Positions 27,473 through 38,071 are shown, numbered from the stretch's first letter. The stretch: DNA of 64,000 bases from an uncultured Acidobacteriota bacterium (GCA_963770895.1 CAVYRF010000002.1:416001-480000), one strand, 5' to 3'. The notes: generated by a model from the sequence alone, not told the origin. A program made the numbers and translations.

Positions 27473-28756
27473 GTGCCCGCCTCCCCATCCGACGCAGCCA
27501 CCGCAGCCCCGCCGCCCGCCGCCGATGCGCATCCGCGGCGGTGGCGGATGCTGGGCCTGCTGGCGGTCGCCGAGCTGCTGGGGATGTCGGTGTGGTTCGC
27601 GGCCAGCGCCGTGGCGCCGCAGCTGGCGGCGGCGTGGGGGCTGAGCGCTTCCCAGGCGGCCTGGCTGACCACCGTGGTGCAGCTGGGCTTTGTCGCCGGC
27701 ACCGCCGCGACGGCGCTGCTCAACCTGGCCGACATCGTGGCGTCGCGCCGGCTGTTCGCCGCCTGCGCGGCGATGGCGGCGCTGGTCAATGCCGCGCTGC
27801 TGACCGCTCACGGCTTCACCGCCGCGCTGGCCTGGCGGTTTGCGACCGGGTTCTTCCTGGCCGGCGTCTACCCGCCGGCGATGAAGATGGTCGCCACCTG
27901 GTTCCGCTCCCGGCGCGGCCTGGCGATCGGCGTCATCGTCGGCGCGCTGACCGTCGGCAAGGCGACCCCGTACCTGGTGCACGCCCTGCCGCACGCGAGC
28001 GTCGCCGCGGTGGTGCTGGCCGCCTCGGCCGGAGCCGCCGTCGCCGCCGTCCTGGTGCTGAGCGCCTACCGCGACGGCCCGTACCCCTTTGCGCCGCGGC
28101 CGTTCGCCTGGGGCCTGGCGGGCGAAGTGGCGCGCCTGCGGCGCTTCCGGCTGGCCACCGCCGGCTACCTGGGGCACATGTTCGAGCTCTACTCCTTCTG
28201 GACCTGGATCCCGGTCTACCTGGCCGCCAGCGCCGCCCGCCACGGCGGCTCCAGCCCGACCGCGGTCTCGCTTGCCGCCTTCGGCACCATCGCGGTGGGC
28301 GGCGCGGGCTGCGTCTGGGGCGGCCTGGTGGCCGACCGCACCGGCCGCGAGCGGCTGACGATCGTGGCGCTCGCCGCCAGCGGCAGCTGCTCGCTCGCCA
28401 TCGGGCTGCTGTTCGGCGCCAGCCTGCCGGCGGTCGCCCTGCTCGCCTGGGTGTGGGGATTCTTCGTCATCGCCGACAGCGCCCAATTCAGCGCCCTGGT
28501 GACCGAAGCGGTGCCGCCGCACGCGGTGGGCACGGCGCTGACCGTGCAGACCGCGCTGGGCTTCCTGCTCACCACGGTTTCCATCCAGCTGCTGCCGCCG
28601 CTCGCCGCCCGCGCCGGCTGGCGCTGGTCGTTCGCGGTCCTGGCGCTCGGCCCGGCCTGCGGCATCGCCGCCATGGCGCGGCTGCTGCGCCTGCGCCGGC
28701 GGCCGCAAGGCGATGCTGGCGGCCCGGCCGCGCCGGGCTATACTCGGCAGGCGTAA
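27473..28756 (+). CDS. MFS transporter
   Basis: About 12 TM segments; VQLGFVAGT, LAGVYPPAMK, GHMFELY, IADSAQFSAL. Start uncertain (27461, 27473 or 27548). Confidence 0.88.
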   Translation: MPASPSDAATAAPPPAADAHPRRWRMLGLLAVAELLGMSVWFAASAVAPQLAAAWGLSASQAAWLTTVVQLGFVAGTAATALLNLADIVASRRLFAACAAMAALVNAALLTAHGFTAALAWRFATGFFLAGVYPPAMKMVATWFRSRRGLAIGVIVGALTVGKATPYLVHALPHASVAAVVLAASAGAAVAAVLVLSAYRDGPYPFAPRPFAWGLAGEVARLRRFRLATAGYLGHMFELYSFWTWIPVYLAASAARHGGSSPTAVSLAAFGTIAVGGAGCVWGGLVADRTGRERLTIVALAASGSCSLAIGLLFGASLPAVALLAWVWGFFVIADSAQFSALVTEAVPPHAVGTALTVQTALGFLLTTVSIQLLPPLAARAGWRWSFAVLALGPACGIAAMARLLRLRRRPQGDAGGPAAPGYTRQA

Positions 28757-28773
28757 CACTGGAGAGCAACGCC

Positions 28774-30435
28774 ATGCAGGCGCTTTTGCGGCGCGCTGCC
28801 GCCGGCCCGCGGCTGGCGGCGCGGGATCGATCCACCGCGCTTCCCGTGCGCAAGGTGCGCAGCTTGCGCGTGCGGTTCGTGATCGCCATCTCGGCCCTGG
28901 TCGCCCTGGTGCTGATGGCCAACGGGCTGGTCGTGGCGTTTGCCAGCCGCGACCACATCCGCCAGGACATCGAGACCCGCGCGCTGGCCTTCGCACGCCT
29001 CGCCGCCGGCCCCATCTGCAACGCCTACGCGACGTATTACTCCAGCGGCTACAGCAAGTTCCGCGAGCTGCTGCGGGAGACCAAGGACCTCGATCCCGAC
29101 CTGGCCCGGCTGTCGATCTACGACACCGGCGGCCGCGTACTGTTCGACACCAATGAGCTGGAAGCCACCCCTGACGAACCGGCGGCGCGCGCCGCCGAGG
29201 TCCCGCAGGGCGATCCCCTGCTGCGGGCGGTCAAGGGCATGGCGCAGAGCGCCTGGCGCACCACCACCCCGGCCCACCGCGGCGCCCCCAGCGAACCGGT
29301 CTTCGTCGTCGTCGCGCCCTTCGTCGAGGAGTGGGGAGGGCACCGCTACTCGGTCGTCTTCTACGTCGTCTACGACAGCCTGCAGGCGGCGGTCAAGGCG
29401 GCCGGGTGGCGCATCGTCGCGCTGTCGGCCGGTTCGCTCGCCCTGGGCGTCCTGTTCGCCGTGCTGCTCTCCCGGCAGAGCGCGCGGCCGCTCGACGTGC
29501 TGACCCGCGGCGCCCAGGACCTGGCGGATGGCCACCTCACGCGGCGCATCGAGCTGCACACCGGCGACGAGTTCGGCGTCCTGGCCGGGACCTTCAACCA
29601 GATGGCCGAGCGCCTGCAGCACACTGTCTCCGACCTCGAATCGAGCAACCAGACGCTGGAGGCGCTGAACCTGGAGCTGCAGCAGCTGGACCGCATGAAG
29701 AGCGACCTGCTGGCCAACGTCAGCCACGAGCTGCGCACGCCGCTCACCGCCATCCAGGGGTACACCGAGGCGATGGACGAAGGGCTGCTCGGCCTGGTCA
29801 ACGCGCCGCAACGCGACGCCCTGCAGGTGGTCCGCCGCAACAGCCGGCGGCTGATGACGATGATCGAGCAGCTCCTGGGCTTCTCGCGCCTGGAGGCGGG
29901 CGCCGCCCGGCTCGACCTCGCGGCGTTCGACCTGGCCGAGATCGCGGGCCACGTGGCGAGCAGCGTCCGCGCCGCCGTCGCCCCGGGGCTCAACCTGCGT
30001 CTCGACGTCCAACCCGGCCTGCCTCCCGTCTGGGGCGACCCGGCCAAGATCGCGCAGGTGATCGACAACCTGCTCACCAACGCCGTCAAGTTCACACCGC
30101 TGGGCAACGAGATCCGCCTGGGAGTCCGCCGCCGCGGCGCCGACGTCGAAGTGACGGTGACCGACCGCGGCATCGGCATCCCGGCGGCAGCGCGCGCCCG
30201 TATCTTCGAGCGGTTCTACCAGGTGGACGCGTCGTCGACCCGGCGCTACGGCGGCATGGGGCTGGGGCTCGCCATCACCCGCGAGCTGCTGACCGCGCAC
30301 GGGCGTGACATCCTGGTCGACAGCGAGGTGGGCGTGGGCACCACGTTCCGGTTCAGCCTGCCGGTCGCCGGCGCGAATGCCGGCGCCGGCGCGGCGTCCG
30401 CGCCCTTGGCCGCACAGCGGGGTACCTGGGGATGA
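28774..30435 (+). CDS. Membrane sensor histidine kinase (periplasmic domain, HAMP, HisKA, HATPase)
   Basis: DEFGVLAGTFNQM, VSHELRTPL, NLLTNAVKFT, DRGIGI, GGMGLGL. Confidence 0.93.
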   Translation: MQALLRRAAAGPRLAARDRSTALPVRKVRSLRVRFVIAISALVALVLMANGLVVAFASRDHIRQDIETRALAFARLAAGPICNAYATYYSSGYSKFRELLRETKDLDPDLARLSIYDTGGRVLFDTNELEATPDEPAARAAEVPQGDPLLRAVKGMAQSAWRTTTPAHRGAPSEPVFVVVAPFVEEWGGHRYSVVFYVVYDSLQAAVKAAGWRIVALSAGSLALGVLFAVLLSRQSARPLDVLTRGAQDLADGHLTRRIELHTGDEFGVLAGTFNQMAERLQHTVSDLESSNQTLEALNLELQQLDRMKSDLLANVSHELRTPLTAIQGYTEAMDEGLLGLVNAPQRDALQVVRRNSRRLMTMIEQLLGFSRLEAGAARLDLAAFDLAEIAGHVASSVRAAVAPGLNLRLDVQPGLPPVWGDPAKIAQVIDNLLTNAVKFTPLGNEIRLGVRRRGADVEVTVTDRGIGIPAAARARIFERFYQVDASSTRRYGGMGLGLAITRELLTAHGRDILVDSEVGVGTTFRFSLPVAGANAGAGAASAPLAAQRGTWG

Positions 30436-30812
30436 AAAAGATCCTGGTGGTCGACGACGAGCACGACGTGGCCGAGCTGCTGCAGCTGGTGCTCACCGGG
30501 CACGGCTACGCGGTGATCCTGGCGCCGTCGGGGATGGACGGGCTGGCGCTGGCGCAAAGCGAGCTGCCCGACGTCATCCTGCTCGACATCATGATGCACC
30601 GCATGGACGGCTGGGAGGTGCTCAAGCTGCTCAAGCTGGACGACCGCACCCGCGCCATCCCGGTGGTGATCCTGTCGGCGCGCGCCGAACCCAAGGACAA
30701 GATCCGCGGCCTCCAGGAGGGCGCCGTGGACTACGTGACCAAACCCTTCGGCGTCCAGGAGATGCTGCGCACGGTCGAAGCCGTGCTGAACCTGCCGGGA
30801 GCCGGCCGATGA
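30432..30812 (+). CDS. Single-domain response regulator
   Basis: ILVVDDE, LLDIMM, LSA, YVTKPF. Confidence 0.93.
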   Translation: MKKILVVDDEHDVAELLQLVLTGHGYAVILAPSGMDGLALAQSELPDVILLDIMMHRMDGWEVLKLLKLDDRTRAIPVVILSARAEPKDKIRGLQEGAVDYVTKPFGVQEMLRTVEAVLNLPGAGR

Positions 30813-32188
30813 CCGATCAGAACTACTGGGAGCTGCGCGCCGAGTGGCTGCAGCTGCGCGGCTGCCTGTTCGATCCCAACACCGGCCTGCCCGCCCTGCC
30901 GGCGGTGATCGAAGACGTCCGCCGCCGCCTGGAAGCGGGCGAGACCATGGGGCTCATCTACCTGGACCTGGCGAGCGGCGAGCGCCTGGAATCGCTCTAC
31001 GGCTGGCAGACCTACGACCGCCTGCTGCGGCGCGCGACGGCGGCCCTGCTGGAGTTCCGCGACCGCCTGCTGGCGCCGGGCGACCTGGTGGCGCTGACCG
31101 CGGTGCGCGGCGACGAGTTCCTGATCTTCACCGGCGCCGCGGCGGCGGGCCCCGGCGCCGCCGCCGGCGACTTCGCCGACGCCGGCAGGCTCGCCGAACG
31201 CCGCCTGACCCGCCTTGGCGAACAGCTGGCGGCGGAGCTCGACGGGCGGCTGCGGCCGGATGCGGGGGCCGAGGTGCCGCAGGGGATCTCGGTCTCCTAC
31301 GGCTGCGCCCTGGTGCGCCCCGATCCGGCGGTGCGCATCGAGCGCTCGATCTATCAATCGATCGACGCCGTGCGCGCCATCTGCCGCCGGCAGCGCGAGC
31401 GCCAGCACGGCTTGCGCCGCAACGAGCTGCGCCGCATCCTGGCGACGCGCAACGTGCTGATCCGCTATCAGCCGATCGTGCGCCTGGACGACGGCCATAT
31501 CCACGGCTTCGAGGCGCTGTCGTCGGGCCCCTCGGGCGACATCTTCGAAAATCCGGAAATGATGTTTGCCTTCGCCGAGGAGACCGAGCAGATCGTCGAG
31601 CTGGAGCGCCTGTGCCGCCTGCAGGCCATCCGCGGCGCCACCTCGCTCAGCTCGCCGCAAAAGCTGTTCATCAACTGTTCGGCGCACGGCTTCGTCGATC
31701 CCGACCTGACCTCGGCGACGATCCTCGAAGAGGTGCGCAAGGCGGGCCGCGAGCCGAGCGACATCGTGTTCGAAGTCACCGAGCGGGTGGCGATCACCGA
31801 ATGGACGCAGTTCCGCTCCATCCTTGCCGGCCTGCGCAAGATGGGCTTTTCGATCGCCATCGACGACATGGGGGCGGGCTATTCGTCGCTGCAGGCGGTG
31901 GCCGAAGTGGAGCCCGACTATCTCAAGTTCGACGTCTCGCTGGTGCGCGACATCCACCTGTCGCCGATCAAGCGCAACCTGCTCGAAACCCTTGTCGTCC
32001 TGGCGCAGAAGATCAAGGCGCGGGTGATCGCCGAAGGCGTGGAGAGCATGCAGGAGTTCGAAGCCCTGCGCGCCATGGACGTCACCTTCGCCCAGGGCTT
32101 CTATTTCGCCGTCCCCTCGGTGCTCAGCGGCCCCACCCCGCTCCACCTGCGCGAGCGCTTCGCCGCCGCCGAGCCCGAAGCCCACTAG
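30809..32188 (+). CDS. Degenerate GGDEF + EAL domain protein (c-di-GMP phosphodiesterase)
   Basis: DPNTGLP, RGDEF; YQPIV, FEAL, FINCS, FEVTE, IDDMGAGYSS, KFD, IAEGVE, AQGFYF. Confidence 0.88.
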   Translation: MTDQNYWELRAEWLQLRGCLFDPNTGLPALPAVIEDVRRRLEAGETMGLIYLDLASGERLESLYGWQTYDRLLRRATAALLEFRDRLLAPGDLVALTAVRGDEFLIFTGAAAAGPGAAAGDFADAGRLAERRLTRLGEQLAAELDGRLRPDAGAEVPQGISVSYGCALVRPDPAVRIERSIYQSIDAVRAICRRQRERQHGLRRNELRRILATRNVLIRYQPIVRLDDGHIHGFEALSSGPSGDIFENPEMMFAFAEETEQIVELERLCRLQAIRGATSLSSPQKLFINCSAHGFVDPDLTSATILEEVRKAGREPSDIVFEVTERVAITEWTQFRSILAGLRKMGFSIAIDDMGAGYSSLQAVAEVEPDYLKFDVSLVRDIHLSPIKRNLLETLVVLAQKIKARVIAEGVESMQEFEALRAMDVTFAQGFYFAVPSVLSGPTPLHLRERFAAAEPEAH

Positions 32189-32221
32189 CGCTGGCGCCGG
32201 CGCTCGCCGCGGGCGGCAGGA

Positions 32222-33760
32222 TCAGCCCGGCGCGGGCGTGCGGCGGATGGTGTCGGCGAGGATGAGGCCGTCGCGGCGCGGCTGCCATTCGACGTTGTCG
32301 CGGGCGCCGAAGATGACGGACGGAGAATAGAGCGGCACAAAAGCCAGGTCGTCCATCAGCACGCGCATCGAGCGCTCCAGCTGGGTCCGGCGGGCCAGCA
32401 GGTCCAAGGTGCTGCCGCTCTCCTCGATCATGGTGTCGAGCGCCGGGTTGGCGTAGTGGTTGAAGTTGTTGGCGCCGTATCCGCGCCGCGGATCGCGGCT
32501 GTGCACCATCGAATCGAAAAAATCGCTGGCGTCCCCCGACAGGCAGAACCAGCCGCCAAAGTAGAACTCCACGTCGCCGGCCAGGATGCGCGGGAACAGC
32601 CGCACCCACTGCTGCTCTTCGGGGTGCAGGCGGATGCCGGCGGCGCGCAGCTGGCGCTCGACGGCGGCAACCTCGCCGGCGCGCCCCTGGCGGAAGGTGA
32701 CCAGCAGGTCGATGCCATCCGGATGGCCGGCCGCGCTCAGCAGCGCGCGCGCCGCCGCCGCGTCGGCGGCGGGGGGCAGGATGTCCGGCGCGAACCCGAA
32801 TACGTTGCGCCCCACCATCTGGCCCACCGGCACCCCCTCGCCGTAGAGCGCGGCGCCCACCAGGGCGCGGCGGTCCAGCGCCAGGTAGATCGCCCGCCGC
32901 ACGCGCACGTCGGAAAACGGCGGCAGATCGCGGCGCAGCACGAAGAACGTGACGCCCAGGCTGTCCTGGCGGATGACCCGGCAGCCGCGGCCGGCGACGA
33001 TGCGCCGCACGTTTTCGGGGCCGGGCTCCTGCACGATGTCGACGTCGCCGGCGAGCAGCCGCTGGATGCGGACGCCGACGTCGGCGACCGGCAGGAAGTC
33101 CACCTGCGGTTCGAACGGGGCGCCGCCCCAATAGCCGGGATTGGCCACCATGCTGAGACGCTTGCCGGGCTGGTAGGCGGCCAGGCGATACGGCCCGGTA
33201 CCCACCGGCTGGCGGATCTCGCTGGGCGCTCCCGCCGGCACGATGAAGATGAACGCCAGCTTGTTGAGCAGGATGGGATAGGGGCGCCGGGTCGTGATCT
33301 GGACGGTATGGGCGTCCAGGGCGGTGATGCGGTCGATGGCGACCAGGTAGCCGCCGACGTTGCTGCGCTGCGCGTCGCGGGCGCAGTCGAAGCTGAACAG
33401 CACGTCGCGGGCGGTGAACTCGCTGCCGTCGTGGAAGTGGACGCCGCGCCGCAGGTGGAAGATCCAGGTCAGCTCGTTGGGGTTCTCCCAGCTCTCCGCC
33501 AGGGCCGGCCCGACCTTGGTGCCGGCGTCGAAGGCGGTCAGCGCCTCATAGATGTTGCGCAGGACGGAAAAGGTGAGCAGCTCGTTGCGCAGGTACGGGT
33601 CCAGCGTCAACGGATCGGCATACAGCGCGATGCGCAGCGGCCGCCGCGGCGCCGCGGGCACGCTCGGCGACGGCTTGGCGCAGCCGCCCGCCAGCGCTAT
33701 CAGCGCCGCTATCGCCGCCATCGCCACTTTTGGCGCCATCGCGAGTCGTCGCCTCATCAC
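32222..33760 (-). CDS. Family-5 (peptide/nickel) ABC substrate-binding lipoprotein
   Basis: Lipobox-like LAGGC; LDP, PALAESW, LRRGVHFHDG, PVGTGPY, DVRVRRAI. Confidence 0.9.
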   Translation of the reverse strand: MMRRRLAMAPKVAMAAIAALIALAGGCAKPSPSVPAAPRRPLRIALYADPLTLDPYLRNELLTFSVLRNIYEALTAFDAGTKVGPALAESWENPNELTWIFHLRRGVHFHDGSEFTARDVLFSFDCARDAQRSNVGGYLVAIDRITALDAHTVQITTRRPYPILLNKLAFIFIVPAGAPSEIRQPVGTGPYRLAAYQPGKRLSMVANPGYWGGAPFEPQVDFLPVADVGVRIQRLLAGDVDIVQEPGPENVRRIVAGRGCRVIRQDSLGVTFFVLRRDLPPFSDVRVRRAIYLALDRRALVGAALYGEGVPVGQMVGRNVFGFAPDILPPAADAAAARALLSAAGHPDGIDLLVTFRQGRAGEVAAVERQLRAAGIRLHPEEQQWVRLFPRILAGDVEFYFGGWFCLSGDASDFFDSMVHSRDPRRGYGANNFNHYANPALDTMIEESGSTLDLLARRTQLERSMRVLMDDLAFVPLYSPSVIFGARDNVEWQPRRDGLILADTIRRTPAPG

Positions 33761-33845
33761 CGCTCCGGGGGGGTTGCTGCCGGCAGTCTACACCCGCCGA
33801 GGCGGCGGGCGGCGCGAGGCGGGCGCCGGCCCGGCGGCGGGTGCG

Positions 33846-35426
33846 TCAGCCGTGGTCGATCAGCGCCATGACGATGCGGTCCTGCGCCTGGCGGGCTTCG
33901 CCCGTCGAGCGGGTGCGGTTGAGCAGGACCGAAAAGGCGTAGGTCTTGCCCGACACGGCGCGGGCGTAGCCGGAGAGAGCCGAAACGCCGTCGATCGTGC
34001 CGGTCTTGGCGAACACGTTGCCGCGGTAGGGCGGCAGCGTCATGCGTCCGTGCAGCGACCCATCCTCGTCTCCTGAGCCGGGCAGCGACTGCACGAACTC
34101 CGCCCCCCACTGGTGGTAGTACATGTGGCGCAGCAGCTGGGTGGTGGCGCGCGGCGTGAAGCGGTTCTGGCGGCTGAGCCCCGAGCCGTCGACCATGTGG
34201 AAGGCGCCGGCCGGCACGCCCAGGCCGACCAGAAATTCGCCCACCGCCCGCACGCCCTCGCTCCACGACCCTTCGCCGCAGCGGCGGGCGCCGACCAGCT
34301 TGAGCAGGCTCTCGGCATAGTAGTTCTGGCTGCGCTTGTTGGCGGTGCGCACGCTGTCGAGCAGGCTGCTGCGGTAGGCCGCGACGCGCTCCCACACCGG
34401 CCCCGGCAGGCGCTCGACCGGCCGCAGCTGGCCGCGCACCTCGATGCCCTCTTCGGCCAGCGCCTGCACCAGGCCGAGCCCGAAGTAGCGCACCGCGTCG
34501 GGCACGGTGACCCACTCTTCGAGCGGCCCCGAGTTGCGGAAGATGCTGCCGGTGACGACCAGCACGTCGTCGCGGCGCACGATGGTCAGGTGGTTGTTGC
34601 GCGGCGACGCGGAGGTGCGGGCGCTGGATTCGACGTGCAGCACCGGCACCGGCGGCACGATCTCGACGCGCGCCGCGCCGCCGCGCTGGCTGGGCCAGAC
34701 CCGCACCAGCACGCAGCTGTCGTTGAACGACAGCGCGGCGATCGGCGCCTCGTACCAGCTGGCGAGCTGGCCGCGCGGCCAGTCGGGGTGGACCTGGCGG
34801 GCCTCGAACAGCCCGTCGTCCAGGTAGAGGTCGCCCGCGATGCGGCGCACGCCGCGCGCCGCCAGGTCGTGCGCCCAGCCGCGAAAGACGGCAAACGAAT
34901 CGCCGTCGAAGGCGCGGCCTGAAATGTTGGGATCGCCCGCGCCGACGACGCCCAGGTCGCCGTGCAGCTCGCCGTCCTGCACCACGCCGCGCAGCAGCAG
35001 GCGGGTTTCATACAGATACCCGGGGCCGAACGCGTCCAGCGCGGCGGCGGTGGTGAACAGCTTGGTGTTCGAAGCGGTGACCCGCTCCTCGTCGCCGTTG
35101 TAGGTGTAGACGGTGTCGCCGCTCGCCAGGTCCACCACATTCACTCCGAGCGCCGAGGTGTCGCGCATCGCCCTGCCCACCTCCAGGCCGACCGCCTGCT
35201 GCAGCGGCGTGGCGCCCACCGCCGGCACACCGACCGCCTGTGCCGGCGCGTCCTGGTGCCGCGGATGGCGCGGGCGCGCGGCGGCAGCGGCGGCGCTGGC
35301 GGCGGCCGGCCCGCCGCCGGGCAGCAGGGCGGCGACCAGCCAGGCGGCGACCCACGCCGCCAGCGGCCGCCGCGCGCCGGCGAGCCCGGTGGTGGCGAGC
35401 CGGATGGCGGCGGCGAGGCGCCTCAT
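33846..35426 (-). CDS. dacB: D-alanyl-D-alanine carboxypeptidase/endopeptidase (PBP4, peptidase S13)
   Basis: ASNTKL (SxxK), GAGDP, SQN, DGSGLSRQN, AKTGT. Confidence 0.92.
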   Translation of the reverse strand: MRRLAAAIRLATTGLAGARRPLAAWVAAWLVAALLPGGGPAAASAAAAAARPRHPRHQDAPAQAVGVPAVGATPLQQAVGLEVGRAMRDTSALGVNVVDLASGDTVYTYNGDEERVTASNTKLFTTAAALDAFGPGYLYETRLLLRGVVQDGELHGDLGVVGAGDPNISGRAFDGDSFAVFRGWAHDLAARGVRRIAGDLYLDDGLFEARQVHPDWPRGQLASWYEAPIAALSFNDSCVLVRVWPSQRGGAARVEIVPPVPVLHVESSARTSASPRNNHLTIVRRDDVLVVTGSIFRNSGPLEEWVTVPDAVRYFGLGLVQALAEEGIEVRGQLRPVERLPGPVWERVAAYRSSLLDSVRTANKRSQNYYAESLLKLVGARRCGEGSWSEGVRAVGEFLVGLGVPAGAFHMVDGSGLSRQNRFTPRATTQLLRHMYYHQWGAEFVQSLPGSGDEDGSLHGRMTLPPYRGNVFAKTGTIDGVSALSGYARAVSGKTYAFSVLLNRTRSTGEARQAQDRIVMALIDHG

Positions 35427-37471
35427 GGGTGCGCCGCCGGCGGCGCGACCGCGGGCGTGGCGCCGGCGCCGCGCACCAGGTAGGTGTCGAACCAGCGGGT
35501 GATGGCCGCGGCGGAGCGGATGCGATTGGCGGTCTTGCGGAAGCCGTGCCCTTCGTCCGCGAACAGCACGTACTCGACCGGCACGCCGCGTCGCTTGAGC
35601 GCGTCGACCACCTGCTCGGCTTCGACGACCGGCACGTTGGTGTCGTTGGCGCCGTGCAGCACCAGGGTGGGAGCGATGACGCGATCCAGCTTGTAGATCG
35701 GCGACAGCGACCGCAGCAGCTCGCGCTGCGTGTCGGGATCGCCATACTCCACCTTGGACACCGCCGCCATCCACGGCTCGGTGTGGGCAAAAAAGGTTTC
35801 GAAGTTGACGATGCCGTACAGGTCGGCGCCGGCGGCGAACAGGTCGGGGAACTCGGTCAGCCCCGCCATGGTCATGTAGCCGCCGTAGGAGCCGCCCATG
35901 ATGCCCAACCGGTGCGGGTCGGCGATCCGTTCGCGCACCAGGTATTCGGCGGCGGCGCGGATGTCGGCCACCGCGCCGGTGCGCAGGGCGCCGTTGTCCA
36001 GGTTGACGAAGCGCTTGCCGAAACCCGACGAGCCGCGCACGTTGGGGGCGAGGACGCCGATGCCGCGCGCCAGGAGCGCCTGGTAGAGGGGGTTGAAACC
36101 GGGGCGCTCCTGGCTTTCCGGCCCGCCATGAAAGCTGAGCACGAACGCTCCCGGCGGCGGCGCCGCCGCCATCGCCCCGCGTCCGCCGCCGCGCACCGGC
36201 GCCACCTGAGGTCGATAGAGCCAACCGGTCAGCGGCAGGCCGTCGAGCGCCGCAAAGCGCACCAGCTCGGGCGCCACCAGCGCCGCCGGATCGACGCCGG
36301 GATGCGGCGCGTGGGTGAGCTGGCGCAGGTGCCCCGAGGCACGGTCCAGGATCCACACGTCGCGCGGCTGGCGCGAACCGACCAGGGTGAGCGCCAGCAG
36401 GCGGCCGTTGTGCGAAAAGGCCATGCCGTCGACGATTTCAGCCGGGAGCGCCGGCGCCGGCTCCTGGGCGAGCGTCGCCAGGTCCAGGAAGGCGAGCTGC
36501 GAGCGGCCGGCGACGTTCCACAGCAGCGCCGCGGTGTGGCCGTCCTCGGTGACGCGGAAGCTGTCCAGCTCGGCGTCGTCGCGCGCCGCGATCGGCTCGA
36601 CGGCGGACGCCGCCACGGCGCCGCCGGCGTCGCGGCTCAAGCGCACGCGGGCCAGCACGGAGCGGTCGCTGTCCTTGTTGGAGGTGAGATAGACCGTCGC
36701 GCCGTCGGGCGCAAAGACCGCGCCGCCGAACGAGGCGGGCGGCGTGTGAGGGGTGAGCAGGGTTTCGCGGCCGCTCGCCAGCTCGACCAGCGAGACGTCT
36801 TCGTCTCCCCGCTGCCGCACCCGCGAGATCAACGCGTAGCGGCCGTCGCGGCTGACGTCCCCGAGCGACCCGACGCCGCCGCCGGCGGCGAGCCGGCGCC
36901 AGCCGCCGCTGGCCGGGTCGTAGGTGTAGGGGTCGAGCGACGCGGCACCGGCGCGCGTCGAGCTGAGCAGCAGCAGACGCCCGTCGTGACTGAAACCGTC
37001 CAGCGTGTTGTTGACCTTGCCGCCGTCGGTCACCCGCGCCAGCTGCCTGCCGTCGGGGCGCATCAGGTAGACCTGCGTGTTCATGCCGCCCCCCGGAGCC
37101 ACGCTGAGCGCCAGCGAGCCGCCTTCCGGCGACCACTCCACCCCGCCCACCGGGTCGGCGAAGCCGGTCAGCTGCTCGGGCCAGCCGCCGTCCACCGGCA
37201 CCGTCCACACTTCCGGCACACCGCTCAAGTTGGACACGAACGCCAGGCGCAGCCCGTCCGGCGAAAAGCTGGGCGACCAGCAGCCCCCCACCCCGGCCAG
37301 GCGCGCCACCTCCCGCTCCAGCTCGCCGTCGCCGTCCGGCGCGGCGATGACGGCAGCCGCGGCGGTGCCGGCCGCGGGCGCCGGTGCCGCCGCCAGGCCG
37401 GGCCGCAGCGCCAGCAGAGGGAGCGCGGCCGTCCAGGCCAGGGTGCGCAGAAGCGGAAAGGGGAAGGTCAT
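35423..37471 (-). CDS. S9 family (prolyl oligopeptidase/acylaminoacyl) peptidase with beta-propeller, secreted
   Basis: HGGPE, NVRGSSGFG, GGSYGG, HGANDTNV, DEGHG; WSPEG/FSPDG propeller repeats; AGGAG RBS. Confidence 0.92.
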   Translation of the reverse strand: MTFPFPLLRTLAWTAALPLLALRPGLAAAPAPAAGTAAAAVIAAPDGDGELEREVARLAGVGGCWSPSFSPDGLRLAFVSNLSGVPEVWTVPVDGGWPEQLTGFADPVGGVEWSPEGGSLALSVAPGGGMNTQVYLMRPDGRQLARVTDGGKVNNTLDGFSHDGRLLLLSSTRAGAASLDPYTYDPASGGWRRLAAGGGVGSLGDVSRDGRYALISRVRQRGDEDVSLVELASGRETLLTPHTPPASFGGAVFAPDGATVYLTSNKDSDRSVLARVRLSRDAGGAVAASAVEPIAARDDAELDSFRVTEDGHTAALLWNVAGRSQLAFLDLATLAQEPAPALPAEIVDGMAFSHNGRLLALTLVGSRQPRDVWILDRASGHLRQLTHAPHPGVDPAALVAPELVRFAALDGLPLTGWLYRPQVAPVRGGGRGAMAAAPPPGAFVLSFHGGPESQERPGFNPLYQALLARGIGVLAPNVRGSSGFGKRFVNLDNGALRTGAVADIRAAAEYLVRERIADPHRLGIMGGSYGGYMTMAGLTEFPDLFAAGADLYGIVNFETFFAHTEPWMAAVSKVEYGDPDTQRELLRSLSPIYKLDRVIAPTLVLHGANDTNVPVVEAEQVVDALKRRGVPVEYVLFADEGHGFRKTANRIRSAAAITRWFDTYLVRGAGATPAVAPPAAHP

Positions 37472-37627
37472 GGTGCAGCTCCTCAAGGAATCGCCGAATC
37501 GCCGCGGGCGCCGTAGCCGCGCCGGCACAGTGTAGTGGCCCGTATGCGAGAAATCGAGAGCGGACGCGGATCGCGGCCGCGCCGGCGGCCCCCGCCGAGG
37601 CCACGGAGTTGTAGTAGCCTGCCGCGC

Positions 37628-38071
37628 ATGCCGGCCTCCTTGGCGTCCATCGCGGCGCGCTCGGTCCTGGGAGCGGCCCTGGCCTGGGCGGCCATCGGCT
37701 TCGGCGACGAGGTCCGGGCGCACGCGCGGGCCTGTGCGGCGGCCGCCCCTCGACAGGCGCCGGCGCTCGCATGGCGGTTCGGCACGCCCCCGGTCGAGCG
37801 TCTGCGCGCTCTCCTCGACGCGGCCCATCGCTCGCTGCCGCCCGGCGCCCTGGTCGGCTTTGCGCCGGCGCCAGGCTGCCGCGGCGAAGAGGCCTTCTTC
37901 CAGCGCCTTTGGGCTGCCTACCTGGCACCGGACCTCAACGTCGTCGCTGAGGACCAGGCCCACGCCTACACCCGCTATCTCATCGCCGACGGCGCGCTCC
38001 TGGACCGGCCCGAGACCCGGCTGCTGCTGCCGCTGCCAGGCGGGGCGCTCTATCGGATCGGTCCGCCGTGA
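37628..38071 (+). CDS. Hypothetical protein, probably membrane-anchored
   Basis: Hydrophobic N-terminus, WAAYLAP motif, GTGA overlap with the next gene. Confidence 0.6.
   Translation: MPASLASIAARSVLGAALAWAAIGFGDEVRAHARACAAAAPRQAPALAWRFGTPPVERLRALLDAAHRSLPPGALVGFAPAPGCRGEEAFFQRLWAAYLAPDLNVVAEDQAHAYTRYLIADGALLDRPETRLLLPLPGGALYRIGPP

Noticed and set aside
27403-30435. 1010-aa kinase ORF, and similar 5'-extended ORFs for dacB, the permeases, the SDR and the EAL protein
   Set aside because: The extensions overlap neighbouring real genes in another frame, so starts were reassigned.
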